Shown in pieces: positions 1-9,235 of a DNA stretch of 53,895 nt. The notes beneath the pieces were generated by a model. It had not been told where the DNA came from. It saw only the letters and a program-made list of their open reading frames with translations, and searched no databases. The stretch covers positions 1 through 53,895 of the forward strand of contig CAZFWY010000001.1 in assembly GCA_964522715.1 (NCBI GenBank). The letters are read 5' to 3'. This DNA comes from an uncultured Thermofilaceae archaeon (GTDB taxonomy: Archaea > Thermoproteota > Thermoprotei > Thermofilales > JAPDKD01). Position 1 is the stretch's first letter. Each line of letters starts with the position of its first letter. The position numbers and the translations under genes were made by a program.

Positions 1-722
1 AGCGTAGGGAGAGAGGCATACCCTTTATCTCAATAACTGGGTACACGGGGGCTGGTAAGACAACCCTATTCAAAGCTTTAACGGGTAAGAGCGGGTACGT
101 GGACGGAAAGCCCTTCGCCACTCTCTCCACGAAGACTGGCAGAACCAGCCTCTTAGGAAGGCCTGCATTAGTGTCAGACACCATAGGCTTCATAGACTCC
201 CTACCCCCCTTACTCTTAGATTCGTTCTACACCACCTTAGGGGAGGTTCTCCACTCAGACCTTGTGCTACTAGTAGTAGATGTGAGCGACAAGCTGGAGG
301 AGATAGAGAGGAAAGCCTTAGCCAGCTTAGACGTACTCGAAGAGCTGGGTGTAGATATGGGTCAGATAGTTATAGCGGCCAACAAGATAGACGCCGTACA
401 GGTACCCCTCGCCGAGCGCTTATCTATACTCGAGGGGTTAGGGGCGGAGGTAGTGCCCATTTCAGCCTTGAGGGGTGAAGGGTTAGAAGACCTCAAGGCT
501 AGCCTCCTAAAGCACCTCCCTGACTACGTGAGAGTACACCTTGAACTGCCACCCAACGCTTTATACCTGGTAGATGAATTAAAGTCACTCGGCTTCGTCG
601 AGAAGGTAGAGTTCCTAGACGGGTTCGTGCACGTAGTAGGAGAGGGGAAGATCTCCCTCGTTAAGAGAATAGGGAGCCGCGCCGAGGCAGAAGGGGGAAG
701 GTATAGGATTCAGAGGAGATGA
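1..722 (+). CDS. hflX: GTPase HflX, C-terminal part (5' end outside window)
   Basis: Frame 3 is open from nt 3. Nt 3-98 translate to [32 protein letters not shown] (G1 P-loop). Downstream are [23 protein letters not shown] (HflX-type G3/switch II) and NKID (G4). The track ORF 99..722 begins at an internal GTG. Confidence 0.85.
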   Translation, partial: RRERGIPFISITGYTGAGKTTLFKALTGKSGYVDGKPFATLSTKTGRTSLLGRPALVSDTIGFIDSLPPLLLDSFYTTLGEVLHSDLVLLVVDVSDKLEEIERKALASLDVLEELGVDMGQIVIAANKIDAVQVPLAERLSILEGLGAEVVPISALRGEGLEDLKASLLKHLPDYVRVHLELPPNALYLVDELKSLGFVEKVEFLDGFVHVVGEGKISLVKRIGSRAEAEGGRYRIQRR

Positions 723-1264
723 GCATGAGGGTAGTCGTCCTAAGACTAGGCCATAGGGAGGGGAGGGACAAGAGAATATCCACACACGTCGGGCTTGTCG
801 CTAGGGCGTTCGGCGCCGACGGTATAATCTACGTGGGGGAAGTGGAGGAAGGCGTCTTGGAGAGCGTTAGGAAGGTAGTTGATAACTGGGGAGGGCCTTT
901 CTTCGTGGAGAAGGCCGAGTCGTACAGGAAGGTGATTAAGGATTGGAAGGAGAAGGGGGGCGTAGTAGTCCACCTAACCATGTACGGAGTTAATATCGAG
1001 GGGAGCGACGTACTGGAGCGTATAAAGGGTACGGGCAGGGACATTTTAGTGATAGTTGGCGCTAAGAAGGTTCCCGGAGACGTCTACGAACTGGCTGATT
1101 TTAACGTAGCTATAGGTAACCAGCCGCATAGCGAGGTGGCCGCCCTAGCCGTGTTTTTAGACAGGCTTTTCGAGGGGAGAGAACTTATGAGACAGTTTAT
1201 AGGTGCAAAAATTAGTATTATACCATGTGAGCGTGGAAAGAGAGTAGTGAGGGTTGAGGCTTGA
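719..1264 (+). CDS. trm56: tRNA (cytidine56-2'-O)-methyltransferase aTrm56 (SPOUT)
   Basis: 181 aa. [31 protein letters not shown] and [22 protein letters not shown] match the archaeal aTrm56 pattern as recalled from Pyrococcus. 4-nt overlap with the hflX stop. Confidence 0.85.
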   Translation: MSMRVVVLRLGHREGRDKRISTHVGLVARAFGADGIIYVGEVEEGVLESVRKVVDNWGGPFFVEKAESYRKVIKDWKEKGGVVVHLTMYGVNIEGSDVLERIKGTGRDILVIVGAKKVPGDVYELADFNVAIGNQPHSEVAALAVFLDRLFEGRELMRQFIGAKISIIPCERGKRVVRVEA

Positions 1265-1794
1265 ACACGGATGAAGTATTGCCTGTGTTAGCAGGGAAAA
1301 TGTTAGGTGAAAACGCGGAGAAAATAATGGCGTATCTAGCGAAAAGAGGCGAGGTAACCGCTGATGAAATAGTGGAGAAACTGGGGATGGAAGAGAGCGA
1401 GGTCAGGAAAATCCTAAACGCGCTCTATGAGAACTCGCTGGTAAAGTACAGGAGGATGAAAGGTAAGGACGGCAAAGCAGCCTACAAGTACTACTGGAGG
1501 ATAACTGATGAGGAGCCCATCGCCATATTAGAGGCCAGGAAAAGGAAAACCTTAGCCATACTAAGGAAGGTCTTAGCCGTAGAGGAGGGGAAGAGCTTCT
1601 ACTGCCCAATATGCGGCACGTACTACACTTTCGACGAGGCAGCGGACTTGTTCTTTAAATGTATCAAGTGCGACGCGGTACTCGAAGCTTTGGAGAATAG
1701 CGAGCCTGTAGAGAGGTTAAAAAGAGCGATAGAAGTACTCGAAAACCTGGACTTCGAGAAAGCGGAAGTAAGCAAACTGAAGGGAAACTCTTAA
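1261..1794 (+). CDS. tfe: Transcription factor E (TFE alpha, TFIIE-alpha homolog)
   Basis: N-terminal winged helix ([44 protein letters not shown]) followed by a Zn ribbon ([10 protein letters not shown]...KCIKCDAVL). Starts at TTG overlapping the trm56 stop; an in-frame ATG at 1300 is an alternative start. Confidence 0.75.
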   Translation: MNTDEVLPVLAGKMLGENAEKIMAYLAKRGEVTADEIVEKLGMEESEVRKILNALYENSLVKYRRMKGKDGKAAYKYYWRITDEEPIAILEARKRKTLAILRKVLAVEEGKSFYCPICGTYYTFDEAADLFFKCIKCDAVLEALENSEPVERLKRAIEVLENLDFEKAEVSKLKGNS

Positions 1795-1818
1795 GAACCC
1801 TGCGTACAACCATATGGT

Positions 1819-1916
1819 GGGCCCGTGGTCTAGTGGATAGGACGCCGCCCTTACACGGCGGAGGACGGGCTTAGCGCCCGGCCGAATCCCGGGTTCAATT
1901 CCCGGCGGGCCCACCA
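1819..1916 (+). tRNA. tRNA-Val (anticodon UAC) with a ~22-nt insertion between anticodon stem and T stem; CCA encoded
   Basis: Acceptor GGGCCCG/CGGGCCC. D arm GTCT-AGTGGATA-GGAC. Anticodon stem CCGCC/GGCGG with loop CTTACAC. T arm CCGGG-TTCAATT-CCCGG. Discriminator A followed by CCA. 27 nt (1862-1888) occupy the variable-loop position where 5 are expected. Confidence 0.85.
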
Positions 1917-2022
1917 AACTTATTCTTCGGCTATGCAAAACTCCCTCGCCCCTCGACGTGTGTTTCTGGGAGGAGAACAGTTCGATGAGAGAGTGAAGTC
2001 ATAAATAACTCATAGCAGTTAG

Positions 2023-2802
2023 GTGGTGGGTTTAGGTGAGCGGGGTATGCCAGTTGAGAAGGGCGACTTCGTCATAGTCGACTACATAGCGTTGACTAAG
2101 GAAGACGGCGAGGAGAAGGTCTTCGATACGACGATAGAGGAGGAAGCCAAGAAGGCTGAGCTATCATTGGAGAGCTTCGGGCCGATACTAGTAGTCATAG
2201 GGGAGGGTAGGTTATTGAGCAGCGTTGAGGAGGCTTTGATAGGAGTTGAGGAGGGGGAGTGGAAGACTATAGAGCTGCCCCCCGAGAAGGCGTTCGGCAA
2301 GAGAGATAAGTCGAAGATTATCACGGTCAGTGCGAGGGAGCTTTCAAGGCAGGGGATAGTCCCCAGACCTGGTGAAAGCATAACCTTCGAGTATAAGCGG
2401 AAGAGGTACATGGGGAGGATAATACACGTGGGAGGCGGCAGAGTAATAGTAGATACCAACCACCCTCTCGCGGGCAAAAACGTAGTATACAAAGTCAAAG
2501 TGGTTAAGATAATCAGAGACTTAAACGGCAAGATAGACGCGCTACTGCACAGGTGGTTCGGCGACATAGAGGGATGCGAGGTGAAGATAGACGACGGCAG
2601 AGTTACGGTTACGTTACCGGAGGACTTGCTCGTAGTCGAGAGGTTAGGCATATTCGTCAGAGGATTGGCTCGGGACATAGAGAAACACCTGCCGGACGTA
2701 AAGGAATTCTCCGTAACCTTTAGATTCACGTTCGAGAGGGCCGAAGAAAAGAAAGAGGAAGAGCCTCAACAAGAAAAAGCCGTAGCCCCTGAGGGCACGT
2801 AA
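2023..2802 (+). CDS. Long-type archaeal FKBP peptidyl-prolyl cis-trans isomerase (SlyD-like with IF insert and C-terminal domain)
   Basis: VEKGDFVIVDYIALTKEDGEEKVFDTT and VIVDTNHPLAGKNVVYKVKVVKI are FKBP/SlyD signatures. GTG start at 2023; ATG at 2047 is an alternative. Confidence 0.8.
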   Translation: MVGLGERGMPVEKGDFVIVDYIALTKEDGEEKVFDTTIEEEAKKAELSLESFGPILVVIGEGRLLSSVEEALIGVEEGEWKTIELPPEKAFGKRDKSKIITVSARELSRQGIVPRPGESITFEYKRKRYMGRIIHVGGGRVIVDTNHPLAGKNVVYKVKVVKIIRDLNGKIDALLHRWFGDIEGCEVKIDDGRVTVTLPEDLLVVERLGIFVRGLARDIEKHLPDVKEFSVTFRFTFERAEEKKEEEPQQEKAVAPEGT

Positions 2803-3181
2803 CCCTGCGCACCACCCTCATTACTCTAATTTTTTCGCCGTCTTTTAACGGAGAGTCTATGCAGAACTCCCTATAGGGACACCGCGTCTCCGCACAGCGG
2901 GGCGGGTTAAACGATGTTATAAGCCCTTCAGATATAGACGGTGTATTCAAAAGTACTTTTAGAGGCTCGGGCTCGACAACTACTACTACCATGTCGCTAC
3001 CGGTTAGCGGGCATTTATGCCTCTTACTTCGAACCTCAACCACTCTGTACTCGAAGCCCTGTCTAACCCTTCCTATACACACCTTCCGTAGACTACAGGT
3101 GAGGCACTTAGCGTTAACCCTGACCCGGAACTTCGTACCCTTCTCGGCTAGCGCTTCGGTCACCAGCGTTACTACCCTCAT
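2726..3181 (-). CDS. UPF0179 family Cys-rich protein
   Basis: 151 aa. Pattern KCLTCSLRKVCIG...YRVVEVRSKRHKCPL...VVVVEP resembles the conserved archaeal UPF0179 family. 3' end overlaps the FKBP gene by 77 nt (convergent). Confidence 0.6.
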   Translation of the reverse strand: MRVVTLVTEALAEKGTKFRVRVNAKCLTCSLRKVCIGRVRQGFEYRVVEVRSKRHKCPLTGSDMVVVVVEPEPLKVLLNTPSISEGLITSFNPPRCAETRCPYREFCIDSPLKDGEKIRVMRVVRRVTCPQGLRLFLVEALPLSFLRPSRT

Positions 3182-3287
3182 GGCGCCACCGATTTTAAGT
3201 CATCGCAGTGCTTATATAGCACTATTAAGAAAGCAACATGACCACTCTTTAATTTGACTCTACCATGAGTATTAGGGGTGTTTATTC

Positions 3288-3938
3288 GTGCAAGTACCCG
3301 AGGATTTCCTACCTAAAGACCTACGAGAAAAGCTATTGAAAGCATGGAAGGGAACTACTACTGTTGGAATGGCGTTCAAGGACTTCGTAGTATTGGCAGC
3401 CGATAGGAGGGCTACTAGCGGCTTCTTCATCTCCCACAAGAAAGCTAAGAAGATACTCATGATAGACGACCACCTAGCTGCGACTATATCTGGGTACGTA
3501 GGCGACGCCCAGTGGCTAGTGGATAGGCTGAAAATGTACGCGGCGATGTACAAAGTCACGAACAACGAGCCTATACCCGTTAAAGCCGCCGCCAACGTAG
3601 CGTCAATGACCCTGTACGCTAACCGACCCTTAATGATAGCGCACGTACTTCTCGGAGGAGTGGATAGGGAGGGGGGCGGCCTCTACAGCGTTGATTGGTT
3701 GGGGACGATAACCAAGGAATCCTACACGGCCACTGGTTCGGGCAGCCCGTTCGCTATCAGTATGCTCGAAAGCGAATACCGAAGCGGCATGACCGAGAAA
3801 GAGGCCGTAAAACTAGCTGTTAAGGCCGTGCGCTCAGCCCTCCGTAGAGACCCCGGCAGCGGAGAGGGCGTAGACGTCGTGGTAGTGACCAAGGAGGGCT
3901 ATAGGACTATACGTGGGGAGGATCTGGCGCTCGGTTAG
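3288..3938 (+). CDS. psmB: Proteasome beta subunit (with propeptide)
   Basis: Propeptide followed by the mature N-terminus [23 protein letters not shown] (catalytic Thr1). GSG and S/T-rich beta-subunit core. Confidence 0.9.
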   Translation: MQVPEDFLPKDLREKLLKAWKGTTTVGMAFKDFVVLAADRRATSGFFISHKKAKKILMIDDHLAATISGYVGDAQWLVDRLKMYAAMYKVTNNEPIPVKAAANVASMTLYANRPLMIAHVLLGGVDREGGGLYSVDWLGTITKESYTATGSGSPFAISMLESEYRSGMTEKEAVKLAVKAVRSALRRDPGSGEGVDVVVVTKEGYRTIRGEDLALG

Positions 3939-3951
3939 GGAGAGATAAGTT

Positions 3952-5865
3952 ATGCGTAAGGTTTCTAACGCTATTCAGGATGTTAAGAACGCCATTCTAA
4001 GCCTAGTACCCCCCGAGGCCGAGGTAACCAGGATAGACTTTGAAGGCCCTAAGATAGCGGTGTATTCAAGGAGACCACATGTCTTCCTAGCTAACAGGGA
4101 GGAGCTGATCAAAAAACTCGTTAAAACAATCAAGAAAAGGGTCGTGGTCAGGGGAGACCCAGAGGCCAGGCTGAAGGAAAGGGAGGCTGAGGAGAAGATA
4201 AGAGACATAGTGCCAGAAGAAGCCAACATCACCCTCATATACTTCAACGAAACCACGGGAGAAGTTGAGATAGAGGCTGAGAAGCCGGGCTACGTCATAG
4301 GTAGGGATGGGGTTACCCTTAGACGAATATTGGCCGAGACTCTGTGGTACCCGAAAGTCCTGAGAAAGCCGCCCATAGCCTCTAGGACTATATACGAGGT
4401 TAGAGAGCTATTCAGAAGCAGGAGTGATGAGAGGCTTAGGTTCCTCAGAGTAGTAGGGCACAGGATATACAGGCGCCAGCTGATAGCTAACGAGTACGTG
4501 AGGATAATTGCCCTCGGGGGCTTCCAGGAAGTCGGTAGGAGTGCCATCCTGATAGAGACACCTGAGAGCCGTGTACTACTCGACGCCGGAGTAAAACCAT
4601 CCCTGGGCAGGGAGGAGTACCCGTACTTTGACCTGCCGGAACTCGACCCAGACACCCTCGACGCGATAGTGATAACTCACGCCCACCTAGACCACTGCGG
4701 CTCTCTGCCTTACCTCTTCAAGTACGGGTTCAAGGTGCCAGTATACATGACAGAGCCAACTCTTTACCTGATGAAACTCCTTCAGGAGGACTACCTGAAG
4801 ATAGCCGAGAGAGATGGGAGGCAGCTACCCTACTCGCACAGGGATGTGGCTGAGGCCGTGCTACACTCCTACACTTTAAAGTACGGGGAGGTCACCGATA
4901 TAGCCCCAGACATAAGGCTCACCCTCTACAGGTCTGGGCATATACTGGGCGCCGCCCTAGCGCATATACACATAGGTCAGGGATTAGTCAATATAGTCTA
5001 CACTAGCGACTTCAAGTTCGCAAGAACGGGGATACTAGACCCAGCCAACTACCAGTTCCCCCGCGTAGAGGTACTCATAATGGAGACTACCTACGGGGGC
5101 CACCAGGACTACCTCCCAGGCAGGGGGGAGGCTGAGAGAATACTCATAGAGATTGTGAGGAAGACCTTTGAGAGAGGAGGGATAGTCCTAATACCTGTAC
5201 TCGCGGTCGGCAGGGCCCAGGACGTTCTACTCGTACTGAACGAAGCCATGGAGAGAGGCCTCCTACCCTCAGCACCGATATACATAGAGGGGATGATAGA
5301 CGAGGTGACGGCAATACACACAGCATTCCCAGAGTACCTAACTCCCTCCCTCAGAGAGAGGATTTATAGGGGTGAGAACCCCTTCACGTCCCCTAACATA
5401 AACATATTGAGGCAGGCTGGGGAGGAGAGAGGGGAGATCGTCAGGATAAGGCCGTCGATAATAATGTCTACCTCTGGCATGTTGACCGGAGGCCCCGTCA
5501 TGGACTACTTGAAACTCCTAGCCGAGGACGAGAAGAGTTCGCTGGTCTTCGTAAGTTACCAGATAGAAGGCACGCTCGGACGTAAAATACTGCAGGGCCT
5601 GAGGAGGTTGGCGTTTGTGGATGCCAGGGGTAAGGTTGAGATGAGAGAGCTTAAAATGGAAGTGCATAGAGTGGAGGGGTTTTCAGGGCATAGCGATAGA
5701 AGGCAGTTAGAGTTTTACCTAAGGAAAATAACGCCTAAGCCTAAACGCATAATACTAGTCCACGGGGAGAGGAGTAAGATTAAGAGCTTTAAGAGGCAGG
5801 CGGAGAGGATTAGCGGTGCGGAGGTTTTAACTCCGCAGAACCTAGAAGCCATAAGGGTAGTTTAG
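3952..5865 (+). CDS. aCPSF1: KH-domain beta-CASP metallo-beta-lactamase ribonuclease
   Basis: 637 aa. N-terminal KH-like region (GYVIGRDG), metallo-beta-lactamase motif HAHLDHCGSLPYL, and beta-CASP C-terminal motifs (GFSGHSD, LVHGE). Confidence 0.85.
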   Translation: MRKVSNAIQDVKNAILSLVPPEAEVTRIDFEGPKIAVYSRRPHVFLANREELIKKLVKTIKKRVVVRGDPEARLKEREAEEKIRDIVPEEANITLIYFNETTGEVEIEAEKPGYVIGRDGVTLRRILAETLWYPKVLRKPPIASRTIYEVRELFRSRSDERLRFLRVVGHRIYRRQLIANEYVRIIALGGFQEVGRSAILIETPESRVLLDAGVKPSLGREEYPYFDLPELDPDTLDAIVITHAHLDHCGSLPYLFKYGFKVPVYMTEPTLYLMKLLQEDYLKIAERDGRQLPYSHRDVAEAVLHSYTLKYGEVTDIAPDIRLTLYRSGHILGAALAHIHIGQGLVNIVYTSDFKFARTGILDPANYQFPRVEVLIMETTYGGHQDYLPGRGEAERILIEIVRKTFERGGIVLIPVLAVGRAQDVLLVLNEAMERGLLPSAPIYIEGMIDEVTAIHTAFPEYLTPSLRERIYRGENPFTSPNINILRQAGEERGEIVRIRPSIIMSTSGMLTGGPVMDYLKLLAEDEKSSLVFVSYQIEGTLGRKILQGLRRLAFVDARGKVEMRELKMEVHRVEGFSGHSDRRQLEFYLRKITPKPKRIILVHGERSKIKSFKRQAERISGAEVLTPQNLEAIRVV

Positions 5866-6398
5866 GGCTTACATGACGTGGCCCTTAATACCTTTATAAA
5901 TCTGGGCTCGAAGTACAGCTTCCACAACTTATCCTTCAAGCAGTGTACGTTTTTAATGGCTCTCCCACGCCTCCTCGCAAGTATCTCCTCGGACTTCATA
6001 AGGGCTACTCCTATCCCTATGACAACACCCTTCGGATCCGCCACGTAGACTAGCTCACCCTTTCCGAAGGGCTTCGAAATCCTAGTTATCCCAGGAGCCA
6101 TGACGTCAGCTCCATCGACTATGTGGGGCACTGCCCCTTCGTCGACGTTCACACAGGGTAAATCGACGATCCCCAGAGCCGCGCCGATAATTGTGGGAAG
6201 GACTTCCTCTCCCTTCTCGAAGAAGACGGGGTAACCGTCGGCATAATATATGACGTAGTTGAGCCTGGACTTGGCGATTTCCACTCTGCTAGCTTTACCT
6301 ACGAACTCCGCAGCTTTAGGGCCTAGCTTCTCCCTGAGCAGCTGTACGAACTTCCTCTTCTCCTTCTTGCTTAAGACGTAACGGGCGTAGAAGGACAT
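5862..6398 (-). CDS. PUA-domain RNA-binding protein (MCT-1/Tma20-like, COG2016-type)
   Basis: N-terminal R..LSKKEKRKF and C-terminal PUA pattern VNVDEGAVPHIVDGADVMAPGI...IGIGVALMKSEEI...GRAIKNVHCLKDKLW. Confidence 0.65.
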   Translation of the reverse strand: MSFYARYVLSKKEKRKFVQLLREKLGPKAAEFVGKASRVEIAKSRLNYVIYYADGYPVFFEKGEEVLPTIIGAALGIVDLPCVNVDEGAVPHIVDGADVMAPGITRISKPFGKGELVYVADPKGVVIGIGVALMKSEEILARRRGRAIKNVHCLKDKLWKLYFEPRFIKVLRATSCKP

Positions 6399-6404
6399 AG
6401 CCGC

Positions 6405-6947
6405 TCACATCATTTTAGACATGACGTAGTAGGAGACGTTACCTTCTTTGTCCACTATCGCGACCACGGGCTCCCTGCCGCTCTCTATGGCGCGAGTGAA
6501 AGCCTTCTCTAATTCGGGGAAGCCTATCTTCACCCCCTCCCTGAACACGTAGACCATATACCCCTTAACCTTGCCCTTCTTCTTCCTGTCCAGCAGGAAG
6601 ACTAGACCCTCCGCGTAGCCTGGCTTAACCTGTAAGCCCCTCTTCCTAAGGTCACTGTAGACCTCAAGTTTAATCCATATATCGCCATCTTTCTCAGCTA
6701 TTTTCAAGAGATATTCCTCAAAGCCTAGGGTTTTGCCCTCTTGATCCTTAACCTTTAGAATGCCTCTCTTAACCAAGTATAAGGCCTCTACTGGCTCTAG
6801 CATGACCTCTTCGCCTACGACGATGCCGTACTCCCTTGACTTCAGATATTCAACCTCTTCAGAGCTAGGTACAACAACCTTTAACCCCTCGCTGAGTATG
6901 CCCGTTATTTCGGGAGGTCTCTCTTCCGTCCTCTGCTCGTCAGTCAT
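6405..6947 (-). CDS. tRNA-splicing endonuclease paralog, apparently non-catalytic (structural beta-type subunit)
   Basis: C-terminal domain VYSDLRKRGLQVKPGYAEGLVFLLD...VAIVDKEGNVSYYVM aligns by eye to the EndA catalytic domain, but the Tyr/His/Lys triad positions read L/D, G/Y and R. ATG at 6947 (MTDEQ...) is preferred over the track start 7004. Confidence 0.6.
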   Translation of the reverse strand: MTDEQRTEERPPEITGILSEGLKVVVPSSEEVEYLKSREYGIVVGEEVMLEPVEALYLVKRGILKVKDQEGKTLGFEEYLLKIAEKDGDIWIKLEVYSDLRKRGLQVKPGYAEGLVFLLDRKKKGKVKGYMVYVFREGVKIGFPELEKAFTRAIESGREPVVAIVDKEGNVSYYVMSKMM

Positions 6948-7068
6948 AACCGTGACACCTTTATATCTCCCTGTTAAAATAAGGCACCCTTTAAGTATTA
7001 TCATATCATGAGGTTTAAACTCCGAGAGGGGGGAAGCGTGTTATTAATAATACGTGCCCCATTAATTT

Positions 7069-7878
7069 ATGGGTAAACTCTTGAGGCGGAAAGAACACTA
7101 CGTACCGAAAGAGGTACCAATGAGTTACTCTACGAGGGGAAGAAAGCTAATTGAAATATACGTTAAAGCTAAGTCCTTTGGGAAGTCCTGTACTGTGGAA
7201 GCCGTAGCATCCATAATATCCCAGGCAAACGCTGACATAATCTCCATGGCATATACACAGACCAAGGAAAGCGAAAACCTGCTCCTCTTCGTAGACTTCA
7301 CAAACTCGTATAGAAGCGCAGTTGAAGTATTAGAAGACATAAAACGCCAGCCTTTCACCATTGACGCCAAGATACACTCAAGGGCGGTCGAGAATACGAT
7401 TATAGAGGGCTTCGGCTTCCCCGTTACCTGTAGTCATTATGGGGGTAGGCTGTTAATAATACCAGCAGACTCGCTGAGGGAGTTCTTCTCATTTCTCAAC
7501 TTGACCTTCGGTACCGGCGGCGAGGCTATAACTTACAACTTAGGGCACGAGCTGGGCCGCCATATTTACAGGAATTACTGTATGGGGAGGAACCTCCCCA
7601 AAGATAAATGCCTAAACGTGTTCTTCGAGATACTGAGGGTTATGGGGCTGGGGATATACGAGGTATACGACTTAGACTTGAAAGCCGGAAGGGGGAGGGT
7701 GATAGTTAGGGACAACTTCGAGGCAGAGGATTCGAAAGTGGGGGCCTGCCATTTTACCAAGGGGCTCATAGCGGGCGTCTTCGAAGAAGCCACAGAACTC
7801 CCGGTAAACGTAGTTGAGCACAAGTGTAAGGCGAGGGGGTACCCGTACTGCGAATTTATAATCCGCAGAATTGGCTAG
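7069..7878 (+). CDS. ACT-like plus V4R (4-vinyl reductase) domain protein
   Basis: The C-terminus CHFTKGLIAGVFEEA...VVEHKCKARGYPYCEF is the V4R Cys pattern. The N-terminal ~90 aa (IEIYVKAKSFGKSCTVEAVASIISQANADIISMAY) looks like an ACT-type ligand-binding fold. Confidence 0.6.
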   Translation: MGKLLRRKEHYVPKEVPMSYSTRGRKLIEIYVKAKSFGKSCTVEAVASIISQANADIISMAYTQTKESENLLLFVDFTNSYRSAVEVLEDIKRQPFTIDAKIHSRAVENTIIEGFGFPVTCSHYGGRLLIIPADSLREFFSFLNLTFGTGGEAITYNLGHELGRHIYRNYCMGRNLPKDKCLNVFFEILRVMGLGIYEVYDLDLKAGRGRVIVRDNFEAEDSKVGACHFTKGLIAGVFEEATELPVNVVEHKCKARGYPYCEFIIRRIG

Positions 7879-9233
7879 GTCACTAATGCACCTTTAACCT
7901 GTTTTAACCTCCCCCCCTCAACAGAGTATATCTGGTCGAAGAGGGAAGCTATCGCCGAGTAGTCTCTCTCTGACAACGCCCGCCAATTAATAGTTACCAC
8001 CAGTGTGGCCTGGGGTAGTAGCTCTGAAAGCTGCTTCAAGGTGACGTAGACCCTCTTCAAGTCGTTAACCATTATCAGGTCGGATAAGCCGTCTATTACT
8101 ATGTACGCGTCTTCGCCAAGCTCCCTGGCGACGTTAAAAATAGTGTTCGCTATTAAAGGCAAGTTATTAGCTGGCAAGACGTTCGATATAGGGGTTGTAA
8201 CCCCCGTTACGACGAAGGGAAGCCTAAGTATGTTTTCCTCCTTTTTATACGCGTACCTCAGCAAGGGGCCGTTGAGAGGGGCGAGAATTATAACCTTCTT
8301 TTCCTCCGAGGCCTTACTAATTATATCCCCGAGAACTGAGGCGTAGTCTTCCTCCGGCTCGAAACGCACGGCAACCCTACCTTTAAGCTCCACCTCCTCG
8401 CCGACAGGCTTCCTCTCCCTAATCCCTCGCGGCAAGATTCTAGGCCTCACCTGTGACGCTATGACTGTCGAGTACTGGACGAAGGGGCTGGTCAGCTCCC
8501 TGTAAAATAAGGTAACAGCGGCTATTGAGGTGAAGAGGAAGAACAGGCTCATTGCCGGGTAAGTATCTATGTAGAATATCGATGCAATCAGTATGGAGAG
8601 ATAGCCAGCGAGTAGCTCTGAGTAAGTTATCAGGGCGAGTACTTTGAGGGGGTATGCGACGCTTCTAAACGCGACCTTACTCTCCGTCTCCTTAAAGAGT
8701 AGGTAGGGTATGTGGAGCCAAGCCATGAGGAACATGCCGCCGAGTATAAGTGCTGACTCGGAGTACACCACGGTCGTCTCCTCGTCAGTAACGAAGTATA
8801 TGGCGTCGGAGGGGGAGAAGAAGACGTATGCAAAGGAGAGCCAGCCCAAGACGTTTATAATCGCCAGGAGGGGGTCGTCCAGGAACACGTACTTGAGGAC
8901 TCTCTTACCCTCGCCTCCGGTGGCTATGTAGCCCACGATGTAGGTAAGAGTAGTGGTTATCAGAGCAGCGAAGAGAATAGTAGAGAGACCAGGAACACTT
9001 TTACCCCCTTGGACGACAGCCACCCTACCGTATATCGCCAGGATACAGGTATAGTAGACGGCTATGAAGGTGTACGCGACAGCGTAAGTAGCTATTACGA
9101 CTGCCAGAAATAACCATAGTTCCTTCAGAACAGTGGCGATCCTATATCTCATGACAGCTGTTATAGCTAGGGCGACGAATATTGCCGAGACCCACGTTGT
9201 GATTAGGTGTATGATGTACTCTCCGGCCACCAT
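7875..9233 (-). CDS. Polytopic membrane protein (about 8-9 TM) with a C-terminal degenerate KaiC/RecA-like (DUF835-type) cytoplasmic domain
   Basis: The N-terminal ~270 aa are hydrophobic helices. The C-terminal ~170 aa form an alpha/beta domain with a Walker-B-like AYIVIDGLSDLIM but no GxxxxGK[ST]. Starts 2 nt after the stop of the KaiC-like gene. Confidence 0.5.
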   Translation of the reverse strand: MVAGEYIIHLITTWVSAIFVALAITAVMRYRIATVLKELWLFLAVVIATYAVAYTFIAVYYTCILAIYGRVAVVQGGKSVPGLSTILFAALITTTLTYIVGYIATGGEGKRVLKYVFLDDPLLAIINVLGWLSFAYVFFSPSDAIYFVTDEETTVVYSESALILGGMFLMAWLHIPYLLFKETESKVAFRSVAYPLKVLALITYSELLAGYLSILIASIFYIDTYPAMSLFFLFTSIAAVTLFYRELTSPFVQYSTVIASQVRPRILPRGIRERKPVGEEVELKGRVAVRFEPEEDYASVLGDIISKASEEKKVIILAPLNGPLLRYAYKKEENILRLPFVVTGVTTPISNVLPANNLPLIANTIFNVARELGEDAYIVIDGLSDLIMVNDLKRVYVTLKQLSELLPQATLVVTINWRALSERDYSAIASLFDQIYSVEGGRLKQVKGALVT

Positions 9234-9235
9234 GG

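Noticed and set aside
1717-1938. 73-aa minus-strand ORF
   Set aside because: It lies across the tRNA-Val gene and the 3' end of tfe. The tRNA cloverleaf explains the region.
2082-2729. 215-aa antisense ORF covering almost the whole FKBP gene
   Set aside because: Its composition is Ser/Thr/Leu/Pro-rich and low-complexity with no motifs. The sense strand encodes a protein with clear FKBP signatures. This is a typical shadow ORF.
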